Shown: positions 31,470 through 40,374 of the stretch, piece by piece
How positions within the stretch are numbered: the stretch's first letter is position 1
Layout: the number at the start of each line of letters is the position of its first letter
Source of the DNA: a phage
Assembly: GCA_025823825.1 (NCBI GenBank)
Contig: GCA_025823825.1_4720.1
Length of the DNA: 64,000 bases
Direction: 5' to 3' (one strand)
Made by a program: the position numbers and the translations under genes
The notes under the pieces: generated by a model
What the model saw: only the letters and a program-made list of their open reading frames with translations
What the model was told of the DNA's origin: nothing
Database searches by the model: none

Positions 31470-32108
31470 TTAACCTAATTTACCACCGGCGATGTTGGTG
31501 AAGTCTTCGCCGTCAGGAACTTGCAGTAGGATACGTGCCATGTCCCAGTTAGTTAATGTGATTGCTTTATCATCGATACTCAGTTCTGGTAGGTCGAGTT
31601 CATGATCATCAAACTCGTAGGAAATACTCCACGTTTCGTCTGTTTTAGGATCGGTTATCAACACACCGTCTGTTACACGCATGTAGTCCGGATGCAGTTC
31701 ATTACTGAATGTGCTGAACGGATCGGTGTAACATTCAGCATACCCCTCGATCTGCTGACGCTGTGCCTTCGTACGTAAATCAGGGCACGCCATGATCAGT
31801 TGTCGAGATATGCCGTTTGCAGCTCGGAAATCCTCCACGGTGTTACATGGCATAACCACATCGTCGTGGAAGATGTTCTCCGATTGTCTCAACAGCGTCT
31901 TACGGAGTTCAGCATAGTTTATCTGATTGAATGCATCAAACGTTGCTAACGATTCAGCGTAAAAATGCTTTACGTGTTCGCTTGCGCCGCCGAGACTATT
32001 CATCAACTTGTGCCCGTACTCCATGAAACTTTTATCGAGACCGGAGGACATTTCTCCGAACCTCAGTGCACGATAACTGTCTCGTCCACCTGTAAATATT
32101 TGCGCCAT
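31470..32108 (-). CDS. hypothetical protein
   Basis: 212-aa ORF with AAGGAGG RBS immediately after the beta-prime-N stop; N-terminal RFGEM-like string noted but not relied on. Confidence 0.5.
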   Translation of the reverse strand: MAQIFTGGRDSYRALRFGEMSSGLDKSFMEYGHKLMNSLGGASEHVKHFYAESLATFDAFNQINYAELRKTLLRQSENIFHDDVVMPCNTVEDFRAANGISRQLIMACPDLRTKAQRQQIEGYAECYTDPFSTFSNELHPDYMRVTDGVLITDPKTDETWSISYEFDDHELDLPELSIDDKAITLTNWDMARILLQVPDGEDFTNIAGGKLG

Positions 32109-32123
32109 TACAGGCGTCCTCCT

Positions 32124-32348
32124 TTAGCAATGGTTGTTAGTTGCTTCTATTTCGTCAAGATAAGGTTCTACGTCATCGCCCTCCACGAATTCGTTGAACC
32201 AGCAGTCAATGGTAGAAATAACCGGTGACTGGTGTTCACATTTCTTAGATACCTTAAAAGGTACGTTATTATCCATCATACCGAGTTCGGGTCGAAAACG
32301 CCCGAAATGTTTCGCAGTCCAAATGTCTGGGACGATATGGTTGTTCAT
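32124..32348 (-). CDS. beta-prime-N exon 4
   Basis: Begins AUG AAC AAC CAU AUC GUC CCA (MNNHIVP, ~ MAVHVP / MNLHVP after DFDGD); a stop 3 codons upstream of the track start 32363 rules out a simple upstream extension. Confidence 0.5.
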   Translation of the reverse strand: [74 protein letters not shown]

Positions 32349-34714
32349 CGTAGCGTTCAGCATGAGTCGCTACCTCATGCCCGCAGCTTTACCTGCAGCT
32401 TCCGGTGTTACCGGAATGTCCAGAATACATCTTATCCATATTCCAAATGGAACGTAGGACTTCCGCGCTGGATCTCGCTTGAGACCACGTATTCGTTGAA
32501 CGTTCTCCTGAACGGAGCTTCGCTGCTGATCGAACATTGTCATGTACGGTAGGCGTCCCCGAAGGGATTGTCATTGAAGCCGCGTACATCCGCTACCTTG
32601 TTTCTACCTTATCGGTTCCTCTTACGAGGCGTAGCGGCCTTAGCCCTTCCCAGCAATTCACGGAATCCAAGCTCTTCCTTTCGGAAGGCAGGGCCTATGA
32701 TTAAGCATCCCCGTCGCTGTTATCGACTATATCTTCATCCTCGTTGCGAGGAGTCTCCCGTTTTGGTCTGTGTTTAACAGAGCCTACTCTACTCGACATC
32801 GCGTCTTTCGATAGTCTGTGAGCACACATCTTAACGAACATTCGTGGATTCCTAAACAGGTGAACGTTCTTGTTGAGATGCTTCGCTGCGGATTATTCCC
32901 GTCCTACCTCTTTTACCCTACCCAGTTCATTACGCTGGCCCTCATCTGTGTCACCACGATGAGTTGGTGTGTAGTCCGATTACAGAAACTTCCCGTCAAT
33001 TAGAGAGTTTTAACTACGTTCCTGTTACCAGAAACCAGATCCCGACGGTATCAATAAATCAACGTAAGTTATTGATTTAATTGAAAAAACTGAAATCTGC
33101 ATTATCTTAATCTTCAGTATGGTTCGCTACTCCATACCCGTACGTCATGTACTGCTTACGTCTTTCACGTAAGAAGAGACTATATCTTTCACCCTCAGCA
33201 TTATCTGGTCGGGGCTCCCATTTCGGCGGTCAGATGACCGGTGGTTTCCCACGCCGCTTGGCCCTAACGCCCGTAAGCGATAGTCGTTGAGCGCATCTCC
33301 GTTCTGGAGACTTCGCTGCGGATTCCCCAATCCTTGCCGCTTTTACCATACCTGAATGATTAGTTCAGCCCCACGCTCTGTTCCCAGGCGTGGTTGGTGG
33401 ACAAGGCTCTAAGTAGGTTCCCGCATTAGAGAGTTCTGCGTGACAACATTTCTGCGTTACTGGGCCTAACGACCCTTTCAAGATCATCACGCTTAACCCG
33501 ATGGTGTTATCCTGCGGATCGCGTTTAACCTTGGTGATTTCAAGACATTGGTTACTGCTTCGGTCAAGTGATGGGTTTCGAACAAAGCCACACACAATCC
33601 CATCGAACGGTGTATCAGCAATAAGCTCATCGTGCAGCTCGCTCATCATTGGATGATAATTACGGACATGTTCCGCAACGAACGCACGTGCTGCTCTCGG
33701 TGAATAACCACGATGGAATAACTTGGATTGGATATGTTCTTTATTGGTTAAAGTAAATGGTGCGTATGGGAAATGCAGATGATAATAACGATGGTTCGCT
33801 GTTATCGAACTGATTACGGTACGCGTGGTGAATGGATGTAATGTACCTAATATGTTTTTACGTGTGATACCTTTCTTCTTACCAATGAACTCATCGAAAA
33901 TTGCTGCGTGGTATTGCAGTAGCTTCAATTGCACTTTCGCCATCCAGTTTTCTTTCTTTCTGGCGCTCAAAGGTGTTGTTGGGTGATAGATACTGTTCAA
34001 CGTACCAATAGCATCGATCGCACCTTCCATTTTGCTATCTGCATAACGACCGGTTGGCGTATTCTCGATAACGAACATCATGGCCGCAGGAAAGCTGATA
34101 TACTGGCTGAAGAACTTATCACGATGGATACGGATGAATTCTCGTAGCGTGTCAACTTTCTCCGTGTTCTTCGGTCCACGTAACGTAGGTCCTTTATACA
34201 AGATCTCCATTATGCGATCGAAGTTCTGTATAAAGCTATTTACGCCGCGACGTATCCCGAATACATCGAATTGCTGCTCCAGATAGTTCTTGAGTTCGAT
34301 GGGTCGTTTTACATTTGGACGGTAACTGGCATCAATGAGCCACGTCATCGTTTCAAAGCTTTTGATATTCAACTCGCTTGCCAGCACGAGATGGACCAAC
34401 GGGTTAATGAACGCATCAATTCCTTCAGGAACACGCGCCCAAACCGTCGAACGAATCTCCTGTTCTGCCGGGTAGGTCACGACCGTTTTACAGTTTGGAC
34501 ACACCGTGCCGAGTAGCTCACCACGATTGTAGAAACCACAACCACATTGTGGTGTGATATCCAACGTATCGCTGGAGTAAACACGGGTGATAAAACTGTT
34601 TAATTTCTTCTTCTCTTCGACGACTTTTGTATCGTAATCATTCAACAAAATCGGCGTAAAAGGAAGTTCTGCGAGCTGTCTATCGAAACTCACGATATCG
34701 AGCATGATGGCCAT
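32124..34714 (-). CDS. RNA polymerase beta-prime subunit, N-terminal piece, interrupted by three group I introns; predicted mRNA join 34714..33472, 33105..33093, 32716..32704, 32348..32124
   Basis: Zinc finger CGCGFYNRGELLGTVCPNC (CxC-x13-CxxC), RNPSLDR ~ [15 protein letters not shown] ~ IQLHPLVC. Unspliced ORF ends in junk without the catalytic motif; the join restores [21 protein letters not shown] in frame (1494 nt, 497 aa). Confidence 0.6.
32349..32703 (-). ncRNA. group I intron 3 (ORF-less, 355 nt, divergent P7)
   Basis: Third copy: GGUAGAAACAAGGUAGCGG, CAGCAGCGAAG, P7 5' strand GAAUA (32494..32490) with complementary 3' strand UAUUC (32427..32423), two P9-like hairpins, terminal G at 32349. 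Confidence 0.45.
32704..32716 (-). CDS. beta-prime-N micro-exon 3 (13 nt, CGACGGGGAUGCU)
   Basis: Completes F then encodes D-G-D-A; ends in U; a UAA follows in frame if unspliced. Confidence 0.45.
32717..33092 (-). ncRNA. group I intron 2 (ORF-less, 376 nt)
   Basis: Second copy of the same core: GGGUAGGGUAAAAGAGG...AAUCCGCAGCGAAG (32923..32881), CACAGACUAUCG with GACUA at 32816..32812, GAAGAUAUAGUCG (32736..32724), terminal G at 32717. Confidence 0.5.
33093..33105 (-). CDS. beta-prime-N micro-exon 2 (13 nt, AUAAUGCAGAUUU)
   Basis: With the preceding U encodes Y-N-A-D and first two bases of F; ends in U. Confidence 0.5.
33106..33471 (-). ncRNA. group I intron 1 (ORF-less, 366 nt)
   Basis: Tetrahymena-type core elements on the minus strand: GGUAUGGUAAAAGCGG...AAUCCGCAGCGAAGUC (33352..33311), P7 5' strand GACUA (33285..33281), J8/7-P7 3' strand AGAUAUAGUC (33187..33178), P9-like hairpins, terminal G at 33106. 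Confidence 0.6.
33472..34714 (-). CDS. beta-prime-N exon 1
   Basis: AGGAG RBS and ATG at 34714; exon ends ...AAA GGG U with U at 33472 as first base of the Tyr codon. Confidence 0.55.
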
Positions 34715-34756
34715 GGGGTATCTCCTACAAATGAAAAAGAACGTTAGGACGTATAA

Positions 34757-34780
34757 GGGAGGGAGGTTGCCCTCCCTCCC
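34757..34780 (-). terminator. GC-rich stem-loop between chimallin candidate and beta-prime-N
   Basis: GGGAGGGAGG-TTGC-CCTCCCTCCC perfect 10-bp stem; T-rich sequence follows after a short gap on the minus strand. Confidence 0.4.
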
Positions 34781-34806
34781 GTCAGATTACATCGAACGTT
34801 CTTCCA

Positions 34807-36702
34807 TTAGAACAGGTTGAATGCCCCACCCATGTTGTTAACGCCAACATTCGGACGATCGCTACGTGCGTAGATGTTACCGGAGATGTTACCCAGACCA
34901 CGAGCACGTGCTGCCATGTTACCACGAACAGCGGTACCTGCCAGATGCTGGATGTTCTCAGGACGGATGGTGAAGCCAGCATCAGCAGCAGCTTCGATCA
35001 GCGCCTGCAGTGCTAACGGATCGAAGTCGTAACGCATTGCCCAGCCGGTTTGTTCCCAGCTACCAGACAGAACACGATCGATGATTTCGTGACGAGCGAC
35101 AACACGCTGAGACATCGTCATATCGGTACGGTCGAAGCTGTCTTCCCAAGCTTCTACGGTATCCGGGTTAGTGATGTTCATCATGTACAGATCGTCCATA
35201 TCACGAATATCGTGACGGTGACCATCCTGGTGGTTGTAGTGACCCAGCGGGATACGGTTACCGGTAGCGTAGACCAGCGGTAAGCCGTATTGATATTTCT
35301 TGCTGAAGCAACCCAGGGTAACATCATCGAAGGCACGGTAGAGTGCTTTGTAACCTTCAGAGACTTCCCGAACATCAGCCTCAACATTACCCGTATAGAT
35401 CTTCTCAGCCGCCGGGATCATACGCAGCAGCCAGCTGTATTCGCCTTCTTCCGGTACGTCGATAGAAATCAGCAGGGACGGATACAGTACCTGTTGCAGG
35501 AACTTGTAAATCTGCTCATTGGTTTGAGTAGACAGATCCAGCGGTGCGGTAACTTCCGGATCCAGCACCATCGCCAGAGCACCCGGGTTATGCGGACCGA
35601 TACCACGAGCAGCGTTGCTGATTAAAGACTGCGCCCATGCCATGCCGCTGTTCAGCGTAGCGATGGTGCCAATCAGACCCAACACGAAAGTGTTCGGTGT
35701 GAACGCATCCAGCTCCAGCGGGTAAGCGCTGGTCATCACGTAACGCGGCTGGTATTGTACAGTCGGCGGTACCGGATAACCGTTAACCAGAACAGGGCCT
35801 TGGTTGAAGGTCGGGTTCTGCGGGCTGTAAGTCAGGTCAATGTAACCGGTGGTGGCGACCAGACGCTGTTGACTATCGTAATCGCTCATCGCTTGACGGA
35901 TGCGGTTAGAGATAGTTACAGTGATGTCAGAACGCACAGGGTTACCAACAATATCGCTGTCCTGCATACCGCTGGTGTTGTACTGAACGCTGCTGATTGG
36001 CTGATCGCTTGCCATCATGCCCAGGTTGAACTGCGGCAGACCCAGTTTATCACCGAGACGGATTTCGATTGCGGTCTGGATTGCGTTATCTGCAGCAGAC
36101 AGCAGGGTGGTCGCCAGATGCGCAGATTCAGCGGTGATTTCATTGGTCACCACAGCCAGACCAGCGATACGAGCAGTACCATTAGACTTACCGCCAATAG
36201 CTGCATACATTGCCGCCATGACTTCGTTGATGAACGTACCGTTCAGGTTATCAACCCAGGTACGCGGTACCAGAATGTTACCATGCGGACCTTGTTCTTC
36301 ACGACGCGGCAGCGGAGCCAAACCGGCAACCAGCGGAAGCACATAACCGAAGAAGTGGTTATGATCACCAACTTTTGCACCACTCATAACGACCAGGGTC
36401 GGATACGGTACGCTGTACTGGTTCGGGTCAACCGCAACAAAGATGAAGTCGTCTTTGAACTGGGTATCTTCCAGATATTTCTCCATCAGACGACGGAGAT
36501 TCAGTACCTGCTCGGAGCCGGTATTACGGCTGATACGACGGCTCAGTGTACGGTTGATCGTACGCATCGTATGAGTTACTTTAGGACGGTCGGCAAAATC
36601 TGCAGCGGTTTCCAGCGCCTCATCAGCACGTTGTGCGGTGCGGGTTTCAGCTGCACGAATTTCTACATTATCGTTACCGTTATTACGTACGTCTAAGCCC
36701 AT
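34807..36702 (-). CDS. chmA: candidate chimallin (phage-nucleus shell protein)
   Basis: 631-aa ORF with AAGAGGAA RBS directly upstream of beta-prime-N, as I recall for phiKZ gp54-gp55; size matches described chimallins; promoter-like motif 66 nt upstream. No sequence comparison possible here. Confidence 0.45.
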   Translation of the reverse strand: MGLDVRNNGNDNVEIRAAETRTAQRADEALETAADFADRPKVTHTMRTINRTLSRRISRNTGSEQVLNLRRLMEKYLEDTQFKDDFIFVAVDPNQYSVPYPTLVVMSGAKVGDHNHFFGYVLPLVAGLAPLPRREEQGPHGNILVPRTWVDNLNGTFINEVMAAMYAAIGGKSNGTARIAGLAVVTNEITAESAHLATTLLSAADNAIQTAIEIRLGDKLGLPQFNLGMMASDQPISSVQYNTSGMQDSDIVGNPVRSDITVTISNRIRQAMSDYDSQQRLVATTGYIDLTYSPQNPTFNQGPVLVNGYPVPPTVQYQPRYVMTSAYPLELDAFTPNTFVLGLIGTIATLNSGMAWAQSLISNAARGIGPHNPGALAMVLDPEVTAPLDLSTQTNEQIYKFLQQVLYPSLLISIDVPEEGEYSWLLRMIPAAEKIYTGNVEADVREVSEGYKALYRAFDDVTLGCFSKKYQYGLPLVYATGNRIPLGHYNHQDGHRHDIRDMDDLYMMNITNPDTVEAWEDSFDRTDMTMSQRVVARHEIIDRVLSGSWEQTGWAMRYDFDPLALQALIEAAADAGFTIRPENIQHLAGTAVRGNMAARARGLGNISGNIYARSDRPNVGVNNMGGAFNLF

Positions 36703-36767
36703 TTGGGATTCCTCTTTTCTTAAACTTTATTAAATGACGTCATTGAATCAGCTTCTACTCGCTCATT

Positions 36768-36791
36768 CACCTAGGTAATATAACCCTGAAA
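36768..36791 (-). promoter_or_regulatory. promoter-like motif, copy 3 (upstream of chimallin candidate)
   Basis: Plus strand CACCTAGGTAATATAACCCTGAAA; 66 nt upstream of minus-strand start at 36702. Confidence 0.5.
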
Positions 36792-36956
36792 TTTTTTTCA
36801 ATATTGGTGTAACCACATTGAACGATATAAACCCCTAGGCGAACGCTGCCGAGAAGCAACATTCTTTCTACATATAATCAGGATATGTCTGTAAACTTTT
36901 ACTTCTCTTATTGAGAGTAATGTCATATCCGTTTACTACCTTCTTACGGAGTTCGT

Positions 36957-38051
36957 ATGTTTCGTGTTTTAAATAACCTCCCGCGAACATCATCGGGTGT
37001 GCAACCCGTCCCTCAGAAAGACTATCTAATACGCGAAGTTCAAAGAAACCTACAGACAATCCAGAACCACTATCAAGGTTTTACCTTCGCGGTTCAGAGC
37101 GATCACATCCTTGCGTTGCTGCTCGCACAGCTCCCTATGAGATACGACATCTCAGTACAAACTTACTACGACATGATTCTCGATCTTACGCCAGAATTGG
37201 GTAATCGTGTTAAGTTGACAACATCAAGATACGCGGGTAAGTTATTCGACGGTGCTTTCTATCCGGGATTGCACGAAGCTATTATCGCAACCGGTGAAAG
37301 TCGTCTTATTTCACGTGACGTTCTTGACAACTGGCGTAATTGGTCGCCGGTTAGAATCGTGACGCACCCATACGCAAATCTTCGTTACATTCCTCTTCAC
37401 CAAAAGCAGGTTGAAGAAGGACGAGGTTTTGCGGTCATTATGGTTGATGTACCTTTATTAGCATTACAGTATCGAATGTGGTCTTTGGTCATGGGTCATA
37501 ACGTCGACGGTAAATGGGTGGTTAAAGAACCGGTTACAAGCTTCCTTGCGAGTTTTCCGTTGGTTAACGCATTATACTCACACAACGATGTTGTTATACG
37601 CAATCGTTGTTTGTGGGTATCTCCGGCTAAGAATCCACTCAAATCACCCATTTACGTTAACGACCTTGATAACGTATTCAGCCAAGTCGTTCTGTCCGTA
37701 CAGCATCATTTATTACGAAGAAGACGAAGCTACACCGACATGCTTAAACAGATACCGAGTTTATACGGAGATCAGTACCAAGCAACCCGAATGGGTTACA
37801 CCGTCGATCTTCGACAAACCCGATGGGCAAGGGATCTGGGCTGTCTGTCGTTATGGCAACAACTCGTCACACTACAAAACGTATCTGAAAGCGTCGGGTT
37901 CAGCAGCCAAATCGATAACGACCTGTATCGTGCCGCCGACCGTAGTCTAAAAGAAGGTAACTGGGAGTCCTCTCCATTACCTGGCGATTTAAGACGTGAA
38001 GTTATTGCACAGGTTGCCGACCTCTTAAAAATTCTTCCCGCCGGTGCATAA
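36957..38051 (+). CDS. hypothetical protein
   Basis: 364-aa plus-strand ORF divergent from the chimallin candidate. Confidence 0.55.
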   Translation: MFRVLNNLPRTSSGVQPVPQKDYLIREVQRNLQTIQNHYQGFTFAVQSDHILALLLAQLPMRYDISVQTYYDMILDLTPELGNRVKLTTSRYAGKLFDGAFYPGLHEAIIATGESRLISRDVLDNWRNWSPVRIVTHPYANLRYIPLHQKQVEEGRGFAVIMVDVPLLALQYRMWSLVMGHNVDGKWVVKEPVTSFLASFPLVNALYSHNDVVIRNRCLWVSPAKNPLKSPIYVNDLDNVFSQVVLSVQHHLLRRRRSYTDMLKQIPSLYGDQYQATRMGYTVDLRQTRWARDLGCLSLWQQLVTLQNVSESVGFSSQIDNDLYRAADRSLKEGNWESSPLPGDLRREVIAQVADLLKILPAGA

Positions 38052-38117
38052 TCACCTCCCTCTTCCCTTGCATCCTCCCAACCCGTAAGGGAAGGGAGGA
38101 TGGGGTGGCGGGTTATG

Positions 38118-40271
38118 TTATTCTGCGGTTTCTTGCTTCGGTAAATAACTTGCTGCAATGTCTTGGGCTAACAATGTATTGTTTTTATTCGAGATGAAAA
38201 TACCGTAACTTTCCATTAACGCGTAATACGAACGAACGAGCGTAGAGATCAATCGACGAATATCCATACCTTGAATAAAGATATCAGGAAGCCCGGAGGC
38301 TTCGATCACCGGTAATGGTATCGTTAAGTTGCTTATCGTTTTCTTATCGTTACGTACAATCCAATCACGGAAACGTTGTTGTAACCCTTTATCCTCCCAT
38401 GAATCAATCCAATCGTTAAGAAGCGTTTTGTTCTTCGTCGCCAACGGCACACGCACCCCAACATAGGGCGGTTCGGGGCAATGACCGTACGATTGAGCAA
38501 ACACCTCTTCCCACATATCGTAAGACTGTTTCGTTACTGCAACATGCGGCTTCACTTTAACACGCGTTAAGAAATCGGGATCACCACGTTTCATTGACTC
38601 AACGATTTCGTTTTCTAACGAGATAATATCATCAAGAACCAATCGAATGCTGATCTTCTCATTACGTAACAGCTTATCCATGATACCACACATCATGCGT
38701 TCAACACGTTTGACGATCATTTTTGGTGCTGACGCGTCACGCATAACCGGACCTTTCAATTCCAGCTTCGGTGGATTGATAGGAACCCCTTCACGCATGG
38801 TCATGTACCCGTAATAGTTTTTACCCATCGAGGTTAACGACAGAATCAAGAACATATATTCGTTCTTCATTTCCATTACGTACATATGCTCTTTCGCTAC
38901 ACCGATATTACCAGAACACATCGCCATCAGATGAACCGTAATCTGCGTAACCAGATAGATAAGCGTATTTGCTAAGCGCGTCGAAATTGGATTGATCTCC
39001 ATATTTCCAAATCGCCACTGAACCCACTCCTGGCAGGTAAACACCGTCGAGTCGGTATCAGACAACACACCCACTTCACGGATTGCTGATGGGAAAGCAT
39101 AAACGCCAGCCGGTTGGTTCTCGGTACGCCAGAACGCCATAATCAAATCTGCGTAGCTTTGAATACGCTGTAACATCAATTTTGTCGTTGCTGCAGTAAG
39201 ACGATAACCAAGTTCATTTCCTTTTTCTAGCGCTACGTAAATCGCTTCCCCGTTCAAGAACTCCGTGCATTGTGCTGTAATCCAAGCGACCGTGTTGTTA
39301 TCCATGGAAGCAATAATGGCTTTAGCCTCTTCCATCGTTTCAACAGGTTCGGCTGCCAGTTCACATAACGAGTCAAGAAAATCTCGAACAAATTCAGGAT
39401 TAAGCTCACGTAACGAGTACAGGTTATTGCTGTACATGTAGCAGGCGCGTTCCAGTGGGGTTAAACCGGTAATTAACTCCCGGATAGTCAGTTCTTTCTC
39501 CGGGTCGAAAGTATATCGATGCAAACATTTCGATACGTTAGCCCAAACCTCTTCCGGCGTAGGGTAATGCAGTTTGTATTTTACCATTACCTGTTCAATG
39601 GCGTTACGATCGCTGTTGCGGACAATACTTACGATGTTTTCAATTGCAATATCACAATCGTAATAATGGAAATTGCCCGCAAGGAAACGTTCGTTGTTCG
39701 CATTGGCTGAACCTGAGGCACAGCGACACGTTGTCGTTAAACTTGGATGCGCGATCGGATTATAAAAAGGGTTAAACTTGGACGCCTGGGTTCCTGACAA
39801 ACTGTTATTATCTAACTTGGTGTTGGTCTGTCGTTTATCGTGTAACTCAGCTTCATCTTTACGTCCGTGTGCTTGTGCTATCGACATTTGTTTCTTTTGT
39901 TTCTTACGCAACTTACCGTTTTCAACCGCAAAGTCGCTTAGCACACTGGAACGTGTTTCACGTGGATAACAGTTAGCCCATACCGGCGTGATAATTAAAT
40001 TATTTTCTTTAATATCATTGAAGTATTGGCTGAACTTGATGACTTCTTTTTCTCGATTTCCTTCGGTACGCTGTGTTAATACAAGACAGTCGGGATCAAC
40101 CATCCCGTATTTTCCACCGGGACGAACCGTATCAAGGACAAACTGCAACGCTTCCTGCTGTGATATCCCACGCATGCGCATTAAGAACAGGGTATAATCC
40201 TGTACCGCTTCTTTGGTCATATCCAACGTACGACCATATCCGTTTTCATCGTAAAAGAACGGATTTTCCAT
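38118..40271 (-). CDS. possible RNA polymerase beta subunit N-terminal piece
   Basis: 717-aa ORF; QSYGHCPEPPYVGV near C-terminus resembles beta fork-loop HYGRVCPIETPEGPNIG; also contains a DTDS string. Assignment is weak. Confidence 0.4.
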   Translation of the reverse strand: MENPFFYDENGYGRTLDMTKEAVQDYTLFLMRMRGISQQEALQFVLDTVRPGGKYGMVDPDCLVLTQRTEGNREKEVIKFSQYFNDIKENNLIITPVWANCYPRETRSSVLSDFAVENGKLRKKQKKQMSIAQAHGRKDEAELHDKRQTNTKLDNNSLSGTQASKFNPFYNPIAHPSLTTTCRCASGSANANNERFLAGNFHYYDCDIAIENIVSIVRNSDRNAIEQVMVKYKLHYPTPEEVWANVSKCLHRYTFDPEKELTIRELITGLTPLERACYMYSNNLYSLRELNPEFVRDFLDSLCELAAEPVETMEEAKAIIASMDNNTVAWITAQCTEFLNGEAIYVALEKGNELGYRLTAATTKLMLQRIQSYADLIMAFWRTENQPAGVYAFPSAIREVGVLSDTDSTVFTCQEWVQWRFGNMEINPISTRLANTLIYLVTQITVHLMAMCSGNIGVAKEHMYVMEMKNEYMFLILSLTSMGKNYYGYMTMREGVPINPPKLELKGPVMRDASAPKMIVKRVERMMCGIMDKLLRNEKISIRLVLDDIISLENEIVESMKRGDPDFLTRVKVKPHVAVTKQSYDMWEEVFAQSYGHCPEPPYVGVRVPLATKNKTLLNDWIDSWEDKGLQQRFRDWIVRNDKKTISNLTIPLPVIEASGLPDIFIQGMDIRRLISTLVRSYYALMESYGIFISNKNNTLLAQDIAASYLPKQETAE

Positions 40272-40338
40272 AAATCCTCCAAAAGTTATTTAGTCTGTCT
40301 ACATCATCTCGTATATCTGTTAAAAAAGAAGGACGGCA

Positions 40339-40374
40339 TAAAAAAGAACCGATCCAGCCGAAGCCAGATCGGTT
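40339..40374 (-). terminator. intrinsic terminator-like hairpin
   Basis: AACCGATC / GATCGGTT 8-bp stem directly followed by T6 on minus strand. Confidence 0.5.

Noticed and set aside
31470-32108. 212-aa ORF as an RNA polymerase beta C-terminal fragment
   Set aside because: Its N-terminal GGRDSYRALRFGEM resembles the beta GGQRFGEME string, but the 723-aa beta-C protein already covers that region and the match is short; left as hypothetical
32124-32363. 79-aa ORF as an independent small gene starting at ATG 32363
   Set aside because: No RBS, stop codon 3 codons upstream, and its reading frame from codon 6 continues the beta-prime sequence right after the catalytic loop; treated as exon 4
32389-32589. 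66-aa minus-strand ORF inside intron 3
   Set aside because: Overlaps intron core elements, too small and featureless for a homing endonuclease
33145-33330. 61-aa minus-strand ORF inside intron 1
   Set aside because: Uses a non-ATG start, has no RBS and lies entirely within the conserved intron core; taken as chance reading frame, not a homing endonuclease
32349-33471. Group II intron interpretation of the intervening region
   Set aside because: No GUGYG 5' end, no domain V-like hairpin with AGC triad and no reverse transcriptase ORF; group I-type P7 and J8/7 elements are present instead
35755-36696. 313-aa plus-strand ORF antisense to the chimallin candidate
   Set aside because: Lies entirely within the better-supported minus-strand gene; composition typical of an antisense frame. 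The same applies to most plus-strand track ORFs within minus-strand gene arrays
38118-40271. 717-aa ORF as a family B DNA polymerase because of a DTDS string
   Set aside because: Other polymerase motifs are not in the expected order; the fork-loop-like YGHCPEPP gives slightly better support for a beta-N piece, and neither call is strong
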